Below, one piece after another: positions 20,701 to 29,702 of a stretch of DNA of 64,000 nt. A model generated the notes under the pieces. It saw nothing but the letters and a program-made list of their open reading frames with translations, had not been told where the DNA came from and did no database searches. The position numbers and the translations under genes were made by a program. The first letter of the stretch is position 1. Every line of letters begins with the position of its first letter. Where the stretch lies: positions 30,592-94,591 of the IMG/VR virus record IMGVR_UViG_3300008120_000012. The stretch is one strand, 5' to 3'. The stretch is from a virus.

Positions 20701-22121
20701 AATCTAACGGAGAATCAAATCAAACACCAGTAGGATCAACTACATATTTTAATATAACTGGCATAGATCCAACAAAAACAGTTACGCTGGGTGGAGGCTC
20801 TGGAGGTATTTGTCTTGTTAATCCAACAACAAATCAGGGTTATTACTTTGAAATTGCAGCCCTGACATCTTCTAATTTAAATAAATATTTAAATACAAAC
20901 TCAAGTGGTGAGGCAACTAACAATCTAGACAACATTTTATTTTATAAGGTGCAAAGAAATTCTAGCACTGGAAGGGCAGTACCAGTAAAACTATGGGGCG
21001 GTATAGGAAATATACTAGTTGACAGTGGTGAGTTTACTGGACAGTATAGAGTAGTTAATGAAAAAAATCCTACAGTATATGATTTAACAATAGAGTATAT
21101 GGATATAAATTCTAACAGAAGAGTGTTTTATTTATATATTAATAATAAATTAGTTCAAGTTGTTACTGACACATCTCCTATACCAATTACTGGAAATCAG
21201 GTTGGACTCTTTGTGCGTGGCTCAACAAAAATTATGTTTGAAAATATTTATGCACTTGGACAAAATTACTCTCAAAATTCTTCATTCCCAACTGGAATTC
21301 CAATCTCTAAAGTTTTTGGTGATGATGATGGAGAGATTAATGCAAATGAGTCTTTGAGTAAATATGCTATGAGTGGTATTATACAAAAAACATACATGAA
21401 AGGCATTATGCCGATGTGTATGCCAGTATATGATATTTTTTATGATGAATTTGGTACTATTATGAGAGAGGCATCTTATTTTAAAGTTAAATATGATAAA
21501 GCATATCCAGCATTATATGCAAAAATAGCAGCAACTTTTAATAGGTTAAAGGGCTATGTTATCTCTGGTTTTATGGCAGAATCATACGGTGCAGAATTTT
21601 TAGTATTTAACGCTACAGATACTACAATTAGTTTAGATGAAACAAGTGGCAACTATTTAAGAATTCAAGGCATAACATTTACGCAAGATACCACTCATAC
21701 TTTAACAGTAGATGAGTATTATAAAAAACGAGGTAACTTGTCTGACCCTGAATTAAAGGGAAATGTATTGGTAACATCACCACAAAGATTTATTGATGAA
21801 TATGATTCTATTCGTGTTAGCAGAATACAATATGGAAGAAATGAATTTACATTACAAGGTGTATATATTCAAGATCAAGACACGGCAGAGGATATACTAG
21901 GTTGGGTTATTGGCAAAACATCTAAGCCTAAAAAAACTATCGGTATGGAAATATTCTCTATACCAACGCTTCAATTAGGAGATATAATTAATATTGATTA
22001 TAAGACAGCAGATGGTGTTGATGTTATTTCTGACTCCAGCACAAGGTATGTTGTATATCAAATTGATTATGGTAAAAGTGTTGATGGCCCAATAATGTCT
22101 TTATATGCGGTGGAGGTGTAA
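17718..22121 (+). CDS. large tail tip/baseplate hub protein
   Basis: 1467 aa after Dit; YFDEYNNFV and LQLGDII hub-type motifs. Confidence 0.7.
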   Translation: MWQNDELKNHLETSFTVQSQTAVVAEWNMNVPGNIFKMGNYRYRKNDSTSDYFKIPNFFDPLDESNHYTNATDSDVVIESGLETDTVTPLLFTYTKELEKLYYSLEDCFKPYRPRSGINKASFFNNKYFSHPNQDMYLRPRYYMPHRDDQFKYWRSYRTESLALEDGYVTIQSNSIPIPLTSDNSNKEYGISKYDNANGIYSIDDACPFVVYKESVPANRIICKVQTNIGDINLGPFKKDGEILNDPFYGQENATTPVRFTIQYLSEYNEWIDAYSFNEDSLRDDNTDIFNSDGYLSLQYGLEVPDAFKDNFILVGTSTSASSLPTNNVKGYAYLVKSTSSSLGILYIWNGSGYSQFTPKYSWKIGTDGVYENTQFVTDFTNPDYFIDSNVFGKIFREFVFIKGLRVVVETMNVPNVPFELIELSPRLVADMTNKTISFSTSKVLSDLGNSSIPVGNLLASTGSISIFDNDSSFNENNIWDGNEGSIIAKYFDKTIKFNIYEVIREVNDVNYYIPIKTLYTEGMPQTNAIDGNISFALRDFYFYFESVKAPEILITEASLSQAVAILLDHIGFSNYIFKRLSNEKDPIIPYFFVAPEQNVAEVLRQLAISTQSAMYFDEYNNFVVVSKNYLLDETDERPVDIVLYGSNNSSEVGINKNVYPNKLSNIIGISSQNKKIYNDGNITYTERYIQRSYGSIKQSQMVDQDKTFIYKPVLLWEVSGSAKTKTANNEMQSTYVLSALPLNSDLDNNPPSVVNNILINNTIDFGENVYWLGRYQGYFYAAGEIIRFDAVQYNIPGVGNEWITSGLEYQKYFSQLPFNGKMYPTGLVRIYAEPYYETINGNTVLKNGEVAQHGREQFGTTIQYHNAGLDSYWSSNDYVQGCDMQSELLYTTKIDPTLPAVTNGVAGLNKSKAEKSKRNGIIKNLFATSYATETDVPLLKTTQTGTIQSSALVFNGPIFEATEKSRDFVSYVWKELDRPFKCFGTRMRIIGRIESNGESNQTPVGSTTYFNITGIDPTKTVTLGGGSGGICLVNPTTNQGYYFEIAALTSSNLNKYLNTNSSGEATNNLDNILFYKVQRNSSTGRAVPVKLWGGIGNILVDSGEFTGQYRVVNEKNPTVYDLTIEYMDINSNRRVFYLYINNKLVQVVTDTSPIPITGNQVGLFVRGSTKIMFENIYALGQNYSQNSSFPTGIPISKVFGDDDGEINANESLSKYAMSGIIQKTYMKGIMPMCMPVYDIFYDEFGTIMREASYFKVKYDKAYPALYAKIAATFNRLKGYVISGFMAESYGAEFLVFNATDTTISLDETSGNYLRIQGITFTQDTTHTLTVDEYYKKRGNLSDPELKGNVLVTSPQRFIDEYDSIRVSRIQYGRNEFTLQGVYIQDQDTAEDILGWVIGKTSKPKKTIGMEIFSIPTLQLGDIINIDYKTADGVDVISDSSTRYVVYQIDYGKSVDGPIMSLYAVEV

Positions 22122-22125
22122 AACT

Positions 22126-22941
22126 ATGGCAATGAGTGCATCAGAATGGGATGACTTAAATAGTATGCTCCCTGCAGAAGACCAAATGTCTTATCAAGAT
22201 TATTTGGCTTCAGTTACTCCAGCATCAGATCCAAACGCAGATACTTTTAGTCCATCATTCACTGACTACTGGTCTAATTCTGGAGACTATTGGATGGCCA
22301 TGGGTGATAAATATGCTGCAGAGGCTGCTGCTGCTACGCCATACATTGCACCGCCATACTTTTCATTTATTTGGGGTGGCGCTCCAAGAGAAACGCCTCC
22401 TGCTGAGCCGTACGTTCCTCCATACGTTCCGCCATACGTTGCTCCATATGTCCCTCCATATGTTCCTCCATATTTCCCCTCAACTCCTCCACCCCCTCCA
22501 CCCCCTCCACCGCCTCCACCACCTGTAAAAACGGCTACTCCTCAATATGTACTATTTGATGATGACGAAGTTCCTATTGATGCTATAGTAGATCTTTTAT
22601 TTGAAGATATTGGTGGACAAGAATTATTGTTAACAGGTAGATTTGATACTATTAATGGAATAGATGTTGCATATCAGCCAATCGCTAATCTTGGTATTAT
22701 TAATGAAGAATACAACCCAAACAATATTATTAGGTTACAAAATACATCTGATAAATTCTTTGCAAACTATACAATTAAATTATCAGAAAGAATACCAGTG
22801 GTAGGCAATGGTCCAAATGGCGATAATGTTTACTTAGATTCTAGTGGTAATCTTGTAATTGAATTTGTTAATCTTCAAAATGATGAGCAGGTTGAGGTTC
22901 AGGTTACATTAAATGGTACAATATATGAGATAGGAATATAA
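22126..22941 (+). CDS. minor tail protein with YVPP repeats and polyproline tract
   Basis: GGAGGTG RBS before ATG 22126; PYVPP-type repeats and a 13-Pro run. Confidence 0.65.
   Translation: MAMSASEWDDLNSMLPAEDQMSYQDYLASVTPASDPNADTFSPSFTDYWSNSGDYWMAMGDKYAAEAAAATPYIAPPYFSFIWGGAPRETPPAEPYVPPYVPPYVAPYVPPYVPPYFPSTPPPPPPPPPPPPPVKTATPQYVLFDDDEVPIDAIVDLLFEDIGGQELLLTGRFDTINGIDVAYQPIANLGIINEEYNPNNIIRLQNTSDKFFANYTIKLSERIPVVGNGPNGDNVYLDSSGNLVIEFVNLQNDEQVEVQVTLNGTIYEIGI
22405..22524 (+). repeat. 12-bp (PYVP) repeats followed by a poly-Pro codon run
   Basis: ccgtacgttcct/ccatacgttccg/... then CCN x13. Confidence 0.8.
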
Positions 22942-24461
22942 TGATAACAGAAACTGGCAAAGAGATTATTGCAAAGTATTTGATGGGTTTAACCCCAGCA
23001 TATGCTTCGTATATTGCTATAGGCTGTGGGGCTAAACCAAGACCAAATGTAACTCAAATAACAGGAGTTTCTTCTTCTGGTACCACCATCACCTGTGCAT
23101 CTACAAGCGGCCTTTGGGTGGGTGCAATTTTGTCACAAGTTACTGTTGGGACTGGAGTTTTAGCAACCAATACTGCGGTAGTAACAATAATCAGTGGAAC
23201 ACAGTTTACAGTAGATCAAGCACCAACAACTCCACTATCTTCAGCAACAGTTTCAATAAAAACTGATAATAGAAAAACTGTTTTAGATTTTGAAACACTT
23301 CGTATTCCTATTTCATCAAGAGGGTATATCAATGATAATGGTATAAATAAAATTGTATTTACTGGCGAATTGCCAACAGAAGAAAGGTATGAGATTTCAG
23401 AAATAGCAATTTATTCAGCAGGGTCTAATCCTTCTGCAGCATCCTTTGATAGCAGAGCGTTATTTACATTCACTGACGCTGAAAACTGGCAATACAATGA
23501 TGGAACAACTCTTTCTGCTCCTACATCCATACTTAGTTCATTAACAGATGGATCAAACAATATAACATCAGTAGCAAATGCAATTCAGACTACAGCAAAT
23601 AACACAGCATTTTTAAATGCAACAAGAGCGGGAAGATATGAAAGATGTAGATATTTTAATAATGTTATTATGTTGCGTGGAAATACTTCACATCTAAGTT
23701 CAAACACTGGTGTATTTACTGTAGGATCTAATCCAAAACTGTTGCAACTAACTGGACAAACATTTAATTTTAGTCAAAACTCTCCATCAGATTTAATTAA
23801 GATTGCATTTTCTATTGTAAATGTTACTGGAGGATCTGGTTTAAGCCCAGACAAGGCAAGAGTGCTTATTGAATTTAGTAACACAGATGGAACTCAGTAT
23901 GCTCGTTTTAACGGAGAAGCACTAAATTCAACTTTTAATTTTAATACTAATAGATATATGGTTGTTAAAAAAAGATTAGATGAATTAACATACTCTGCAA
24001 CGTTTTCATGGCAGGCAATGTCAATAGTTAAAATTTATGTTAGTGCTTTATATAATTTAACAATTACAAACAAGGCTGCCGATACAACATATGTTACATT
24101 AACCACATCCTCAGCACATAACCTGAGTGCAGGAGATAATGTCCTTGTTGCTGGAATTGACTCAAGATGTAATGGCCAATTTGTAGTTTTTGATACACCA
24201 ACACCAACTACTTTTAGATATGCTAATGCTGGAACTACTCTTTCTTCAACTGCTGTTTCTCCCAACGTTGTAATTGAAGCATCTTTATCATCATATTTTA
24301 TTGCCTTAGATGCAATAAGATTTGATAATGTTGGAACCATTAATCCATTATATGGAATGACTGGTTATAGTATTGTACAAAATTCTGATGCAGCAACAGT
24401 TGTTAAATCTTCTAACTCAAACAACTATGTAGAGTTTAGAGTTGTAGTGGATGTGACCTGA
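22941..24461 (+). CDS. minor tail/baseplate protein with beta-rich inserts
   Basis: MITETGKEIIAKYL...YIAIGCG, ISEIAIY baseplate-like motifs; TSSAHNLSAGDNV repeat-type domain. Confidence 0.65.
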   Translation: MITETGKEIIAKYLMGLTPAYASYIAIGCGAKPRPNVTQITGVSSSGTTITCASTSGLWVGAILSQVTVGTGVLATNTAVVTIISGTQFTVDQAPTTPLSSATVSIKTDNRKTVLDFETLRIPISSRGYINDNGINKIVFTGELPTEERYEISEIAIYSAGSNPSAASFDSRALFTFTDAENWQYNDGTTLSAPTSILSSLTDGSNNITSVANAIQTTANNTAFLNATRAGRYERCRYFNNVIMLRGNTSHLSSNTGVFTVGSNPKLLQLTGQTFNFSQNSPSDLIKIAFSIVNVTGGSGLSPDKARVLIEFSNTDGTQYARFNGEALNSTFNFNTNRYMVVKKRLDELTYSATFSWQAMSIVKIYVSALYNLTITNKAADTTYVTLTTSSAHNLSAGDNVLVAGIDSRCNGQFVVFDTPTPTTFRYANAGTTLSSTAVSPNVVIEASLSSYFIALDAIRFDNVGTINPLYGMTGYSIVQNSDAATVVKSSNSNNYVEFRVVVDVT

Positions 24462-24928
24462 TGGCTGATTCTAATATTAAAAAAGTTGTAATAAACAAAA
24501 TAGATTTACCACCTATTGATGCAAATAACTTTTCTTATAATATACGATATCGTTTAATATCAGAAGATAAAAACAGAACTTCTCATTGGTCTAGAATACA
24601 TAATATTGATGCTACAGATCAGGCACCAGGAACATTTTTTGATTATTCTTATTTTAAAGAAGTAGTGAGTACTGGAACAGGCACCACCACGGCAATAAGA
24701 TTAAACTGGATAGTTCCAACAACTTATGCTGGAAGTACATTTGATATTTTTGTTAAAAGAAATGCTGGGGCATACTCTTATTATGCAACATCATTTACAA
24801 ATAATTATGTTATTTTAAGAGAGTCCACAGAGACAAGTATTACTATTTTAGTTCAAATGCCCACATATCCCAAGGTACAGACAGCATCTGCTAAACTATT
24901 TGAAACAGTTGCAATAACTGTACCTTAA
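24461..24928 (+). CDS. minor tail protein (FN3-like, putative)
   Basis: YNIRYRLISEDKNRTSHWS; tail-module position. Confidence 0.5.
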   Translation: MADSNIKKVVINKIDLPPIDANNFSYNIRYRLISEDKNRTSHWSRIHNIDATDQAPGTFFDYSYFKEVVSTGTGTTTAIRLNWIVPTTYAGSTFDIFVKRNAGAYSYYATSFTNNYVILRESTETSITILVQMPTYPKVQTASAKLFETVAITVP

Positions 24929-24952
24929 TGATATAATATAATAGGAGGAATA

Positions 24953-25396
24953 ATGGCAAAAGTACCGCTACCAGAAAGAGGGCAACCGCTAGATGTTGCA
25001 TATCTATATAAAATTACTAGTGCGATAAATCAATTATCAGACTCAGTTTCCTCTGCTACTTATAACTATACTACTATTGATACAGTATCATCAGGAAAAC
25101 AAAATATTAAAACATCAGAAGCCAGAGTAATTGGTGGCTTTATTACAGTTTCTATTGATAGTACCGTTACTGCATCTCAAACAAAATCTTTTACATATAC
25201 ATTTCCAAGTGATTTTAAGTATACCCCAATAGTTACTGCATCGCCAGTTAACAGTGGAAAGACCACAGCAGGAGAAAATGTTACAGTAGTTCTTACAGAC
25301 ATTACAAGGTCAAGTGTAACTGGTTTCGTTAGATATAACGCAAACGGTCAGGTATCAACTATTGTTAATTTAATTATCATTGGAATACCTAATTAA
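24953..25396 (+). CDS. minor tail protein, lectin/gp53-like C-terminal fold (putative)
   Basis: TFPSDFKYTPIVTAS...VNLIIIG pattern. Confidence 0.5.
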   Translation: MAKVPLPERGQPLDVAYLYKITSAINQLSDSVSSATYNYTTIDTVSSGKQNIKTSEARVIGGFITVSIDSTVTASQTKSFTYTFPSDFKYTPIVTASPVNSGKTTAGENVTVVLTDITRSSVTGFVRYNANGQVSTIVNLIIIGIPN

Positions 25397-25587
25397 TGTT
25401 AAAGTGCAATAGATGCAATGGGAGGATGTTTGTTGACAGACAATATACAACAGTAGATCACGTTGAGATTTATTGTATTATATGTGGATCAAGAACTTTT
25501 TTTCATCCACCGTCTGAATCTCCAAAAGGATTATGGATACTGCAAAAGGAAAAATTCAGAGCCAAGCATATAATAATGCCCCTGTAG
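25396..25587 (+). CDS. zinc-ribbon protein
   Basis: CNRC...CIICG. Confidence 0.6.
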   Translation: MLKCNRCNGRMFVDRQYTTVDHVEIYCIICGSRTFFHPPSESPKGLWILQKEKFRAKHIIMPL

Positions 25588-26075
25588 TTAAAGGAAATAA
25601 AAAAGTTTGGTTTCTTAATAATGATTTAGTTAGACCTCATCATTATAATCGGGCAAATGGTATAGTAACAGTTTATAATATAAATAAAGATAGATTAGAA
25701 ACTTGTTTGCTTTCTGATTTTAAAAAAAATAGAGAGAAGGCTTACACTGTTGGAGAAACTGCAGAACTAATTAATCGTCATAAAAAATATATACCAGATT
25801 TAATAAAGCGTGGTGTTATTCCCCCACCAGTAGGATCTTCAAAAGATGGCAAGCGGGGATTTCAAATAAGATGTTATTATTCAGAGTCGCAAGTTAAGCA
25901 GATTCGTGATATACTGGCAAGTATCCATATTGGACAGCCAAGAAAAGATGGGTTGGTAACAAATAATATGACACCAAGTCCACAAGAGTTGACAAGAAGA
26001 ATGGGTCAGGGTATACTTACATATACAAAAACTGAAGATGGTAGATTTATTCCAGTCTGGAATGAATCAATATAA
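25533..26075 (+). CDS. MerR-like HTH DNA-binding protein
   Basis: YTVGETAELINRHK...GVIPPP...YYSESQV. Confidence 0.7.
   Translation: MDTAKGKIQSQAYNNAPVVKGNKKVWFLNNDLVRPHHYNRANGIVTVYNINKDRLETCLLSDFKKNREKAYTVGETAELINRHKKYIPDLIKRGVIPPPVGSSKDGKRGFQIRCYYSESQVKQIRDILASIHIGQPRKDGLVTNNMTPSPQELTRRMGQGILTYTKTEDGRFIPVWNESI
25989..26017 (+). promoter_or_regulatory. sigma70/SigA-type promoter for the replication module
   Basis: TTGACA-17 bp-TATACT. Confidence 0.65.
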
Positions 26076-26092
26076 TATAATTTGGAGGGGTA

Positions 26093-26302
26093 ATGGAATC
26101 AAACGATACAACAAAAGTATCTGTTACATTGGGATATACGCTTAATCTTGGAAACTTTCAGTCACTAAGATTAGATTTAGGCGTTGTAGATTCAAAGCGT
26201 GATGGAGAAAATACAGATCAGGCTTTTGAGCGTGTTTATAAATTTGTTGAAGACAAATTGTCATCAAAGATATCAGAAGCAAAAACTGAACTAGAAGAAT
26301 AA
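26093..26302 (+). CDS. hypothetical phage protein
   Basis: GGAGGG RBS; LGYTLNLGNFQSLRLD. Confidence 0.6.
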   Translation: MESNDTTKVSVTLGYTLNLGNFQSLRLDLGVVDSKRDGENTDQAFERVYKFVEDKLSSKISEAKTELEE

Positions 26303-26610
26303 TGGCTGATCGTAAGGACCGCATGGCACTTCTTAGCCGATATAATAAATATCATTTGCAACGATATGAAAAAAAGGCTAATTTAAATCTTAATGTAGAG
26401 CAGTGGGCTGCTGATGCACTGGTTGAGTCATATGGCTTGCCTATTTGTTATGATATTTTAGAATACTACTTTAAGGTAAGTCAGACACCATCGTGGAACT
26501 TTTTTGCTTACAATGCAGAAAAAATATTACAGGCTAAAGAAGACAGAGAGCAAGACAATAAAGAGAGGGCAGAAAGAAGAGAGATGGCTAGGAAGTGGTT
26601 AAGTGAATAA
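26302..26610 (+). CDS. hypothetical protein, possibly a helicase loader
   Basis: Overlaps the helicase start. Confidence 0.5.
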   Translation: MADRKDRMALLSRYNKYHLQRYEKKANLNLNVEQWAADALVESYGLPICYDILEYYFKVSQTPSWNFFAYNAEKILQAKEDREQDNKERAERREMARKWLSE

Positions 26611-27829
26611 TGTAGAGTCAAAGGTTATTTCAGCCCTATTAAAAGATAAGCAGATTCATGTTTTGCTACAAGCCAACATAGATGGTATCTTACGAACACA
26701 CAGTGATATCTGGAATTTTATAAAAAGATATTTTGAAACTAATAGTACCGTTCCTCCAGTATCTTTGGTAATAGAAAAATTCAGAGACTTTCAACCAGCA
26801 GAAGAGGTTGGCTCAACCAAACACCATTTAGAAGAGTTGCAAGCAGAATACCTAAATGATAGTTTGAAAGATATATTAAGAAGTGCTGCAACAGAAATTC
26901 AAAGTGGTCAAAGTGTTGTTGCATTAGATCAACTAATTACAAAGACATCCGAATTAAAGAAAAATACATCTGTAATTCGTGATATTGATGTAACAGATCT
27001 TGAATCTGCTGTTGCGTATTTTGAGCAAGTTAAAAAACAACAAGAGGCTGGTATTGTTGGAATCAAGACTGGTCTACCAGGATTTGATAACTATCTTCCT
27101 GCAGGGATTATGCCAGGTCAACTTGGAGTGTTTCTAGCATATCCAGGTATTGGTAAATCATGGTTAGCACTTTACTTTGCTGTTCAAGCATGGAAGCAGG
27201 GCAAGAGTCCTATGGTTATTTCACTTGAAATGTCAGAGACAGAAGTGCGTAATCGTGTTTATACAATCATGGGGGAAGGCTTATGGTCACATCGTAAAAT
27301 ATCAAATGGTGATATTGAAATTGATATGCTTAAGAAGTGGCACAAAGATAGACTAGAGGGCAAGCCAGAATTTCATATTATTTCAAATGATAGCGGTGGA
27401 GAAATTAATCCATCAGTATTACGTGGAAAGATAGATCAATACAAGCCAGACTTTGTAATCGTTGACTACCTTCAGTTAATGGCTCCTAATCAGAAGTCAG
27501 ATAATGAAACGGTACGAATGAAGAACCTTTCACGAGAACTTAAACTTATGGCTATTGGTGAAGAAGTTCCTATTATTGCTATTTCATCTGCTACTCCAGA
27601 TGATGTTAATGATCTTAGTACAGTGCCAACTTTAGGACAAACTGCTTGGTCAAGACAGATTGCTTATGATGCTGACTGGGTAATGGCTTTGGGTCGTGCT
27701 ACAAATAGTGATATTATAGAATGTGCTTTTCGTAAAAACCGTAATGGTTTTATGGGAGAATTCTTGGTTCAAGTAGATTTTGATAGAGGCTACTATAAAT
27801 ATAAGGATTACGAAGATAAGCAGTTATAA
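26603..27829 (+). CDS. dnaB: DnaB-like replicative helicase
   Basis: AYPGIGKS Walker A, SLEMS, IVDYLQLM, KNRNG. Confidence 0.93.
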   Translation: MNNVESKVISALLKDKQIHVLLQANIDGILRTHSDIWNFIKRYFETNSTVPPVSLVIEKFRDFQPAEEVGSTKHHLEELQAEYLNDSLKDILRSAATEIQSGQSVVALDQLITKTSELKKNTSVIRDIDVTDLESAVAYFEQVKKQQEAGIVGIKTGLPGFDNYLPAGIMPGQLGVFLAYPGIGKSWLALYFAVQAWKQGKSPMVISLEMSETEVRNRVYTIMGEGLWSHRKISNGDIEIDMLKKWHKDRLEGKPEFHIISNDSGGEINPSVLRGKIDQYKPDFVIVDYLQLMAPNQKSDNETVRMKNLSRELKLMAIGEEVPIIAISSATPDDVNDLSTVPTLGQTAWSRQIAYDADWVMALGRATNSDIIECAFRKNRNGFMGEFLVQVDFDRGYYKYKDYEDKQL

Positions 27830-27835
27830 TATGGT

Positions 27836-28162
27836 GTGGAAAAAATACATCATAGAGCCATAAAAAAATTTAATATAGATGGAATCATCCATGATGATAA
27901 ATTGTTGGTAAGACTAAAAAATGAATATGTAAGATTATTAACAACACAAATGAAACTTAAAGGATATGTGCCAAGGTATGACATTGACATGGATTTCACA
28001 TTAGACTATAATGAGAATAAGCAATATTTTGAATTTGAATTAACATTATATGGAGTATATGTAGGAAAGCGAAAGGCAGAATGGATACAAGGAATAGATG
28101 GTCAAAAGGTGATTTATACACCGACCAACAAGTTAAACGAGTCATCAACGGTTCAGGCGTAG
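27836..28162 (+). CDS. hypothetical protein
   Basis: 108-aa ORF between helicase and primase. Confidence 0.55.
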   Translation: MEKIHHRAIKKFNIDGIIHDDKLLVRLKNEYVRLLTTQMKLKGYVPRYDIDMDFTLDYNENKQYFEFELTLYGVYVGKRKAEWIQGIDGQKVIYTPTNKLNESSTVQA

Positions 28163-29025
28163 ATATAGAAAAAGAGGTTGACTCTGACTATATTATTTTT
28201 TGTCCATATCATAATAATCATCGCACCCCTGCTGGAGAAATATCAAAGACTTCTGGAATGTTCTTTTGTTTTTCCTGTCAAATATCAAAAACATTAGTAG
28301 AGTTTGTTATGGATGTTTCTAAAAGAACTTATTTTGAAGCAACAAGATTTATTAAAAGTAAAGAGCAGCAACAAAATATTGAAACTATAATTAATAAAGA
28401 ATTGCATGTGTTGCCAACCTATGTTGAATATGATGTAGAATTAATTAGTCGTTTAAATCAACAAGCCATTAATTCAGAAGTTGCTATTGAATATTTAAAG
28501 TCAAGGAAAATTAATAAAGAGTCTATTTCAGTATTTGCATTGGGCTATTCTGAAAAACAAAATATGATTACAATTCCTGTTCACAGTCCAGACGGAATAT
28601 GTGTAGGCTTTGTTGGTAGATCTATTGCTGGTAAAGATTTTAAGAATAGTGTTGGTTTACCAAAATCTAAAGTTTTATTTAATTTACATAGAGTTAAAAA
28701 TTCTAGTACAGTTTATGTGGTAGAGTCATCATTTGATGCAATAAGACTAACTCAGGCTGGACTTCCTTCAGTTGCAACCTTGGGTGCCAATGTATCAAAA
28801 ACACAAACAGATTTGCTTCAAAAATACTTTAACAGTATTGTTGTTATTCCAGATAACGATGAAGCAGGAATCAACATGAGAGAAAAAATAACTGATCGTC
28901 TAGGCTCACATGTTGATGTAATTAAACTAGATGATAAATATAAAGACGTAGGAGACATGAGTGATGATGAAATCAAAAATCTGGAATTTAGATTTGACAA
29001 GTCAATCATGTCTATGCTAAACTAA
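28081..29025 (+). CDS. dnaG: DnaG-type primase
   Basis: CPYH...CFSC zinc finger; TOPRIM VVESSFDA and DNDEAG. Confidence 0.92.
   Translation: MDTRNRWSKGDLYTDQQVKRVINGSGVDIEKEVDSDYIIFCPYHNNHRTPAGEISKTSGMFFCFSCQISKTLVEFVMDVSKRTYFEATRFIKSKEQQQNIETIINKELHVLPTYVEYDVELISRLNQQAINSEVAIEYLKSRKINKESISVFALGYSEKQNMITIPVHSPDGICVGFVGRSIAGKDFKNSVGLPKSKVLFNLHRVKNSSTVYVVESSFDAIRLTQAGLPSVATLGANVSKTQTDLLQKYFNSIVVIPDNDEAGINMREKITDRLGSHVDVIKLDDKYKDVGDMSDDEIKNLEFRFDKSIMSMLN
28994..29023 (+). promoter_or_regulatory. promoter for SSB/polymerase genes
   Basis: TTGACA-18 bp-TAAACT with TGN extension. Confidence 0.55.
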
Positions 29026-29045
29026 AGAAAACAAGGAGAAAAACA

Positions 29046-29699
29046 ATGAGCGTAGTAAAGGGATTAAAAAATATCAACGCCCTGCTTGATAAGCCAAAAT
29101 CAGAATCATCAGGCATCAAGGTCCGTTGGGTAAAACTAGCGGATGGTCAATCTGCAAAAATTCGTTTTATTGAAGAGTTAGATGTTGACTCTGCAAATTA
29201 TAATGAAGGTCGTGGATTGGCTGTAGTAATTTCTGAACATACAAATCCAAAAGACTATAAGCGTAAGGCTGCATGCACTATGGAGTCAATGGGAAGATGC
29301 TTTGGCTGCGAAATGGCTCGTAAGGAGCCTAAGAGTGGCTGGAGAGCACGTCTTCGTTTTTATTGCAATGTGCTAGTTGATGATGGACTTGAGTCTCCAT
29401 ATGTTGCAGTGTGGTCACAAGGTATTAGCAAGCAGTCTGCTTTTAATACTATTCGTGAATATGCACTTGAAACAGGAAGCATCTCAAATCTTGTTTGGAA
29501 ACTAAAGCGTAATGGACAAGGAACAGAGACAAACTATACTCTTATTCCAAGTGCACCAGATTCAGAACCATTTAAATGGGAAAATGTTGAATCATTCAAC
29601 CTAGAAAAGGTTGTTCGTGAAATACCATATCCAGAGCAAGAAGCATTCTACTTTGGATTTGATACACCTTCTGTTACATCAACGAATGTTGAATGGTAA
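29046..29699 (+). CDS. single-stranded DNA-binding protein (gp32-like, putative)
   Basis: KLADGQSAKIRF, Cys cluster, KRNGQGTETNY; between primase and polymerase. Confidence 0.7.
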   Translation: MSVVKGLKNINALLDKPKSESSGIKVRWVKLADGQSAKIRFIEELDVDSANYNEGRGLAVVISEHTNPKDYKRKAACTMESMGRCFGCEMARKEPKSGWRARLRFYCNVLVDDGLESPYVAVWSQGISKQSAFNTIREYALETGSISNLVWKLKRNGQGTETNYTLIPSAPDSEPFKWENVESFNLEKVVREIPYPEQEAFYFGFDTPSVTSTNVEW

Positions 29700-29702
29700 T
29701 AG

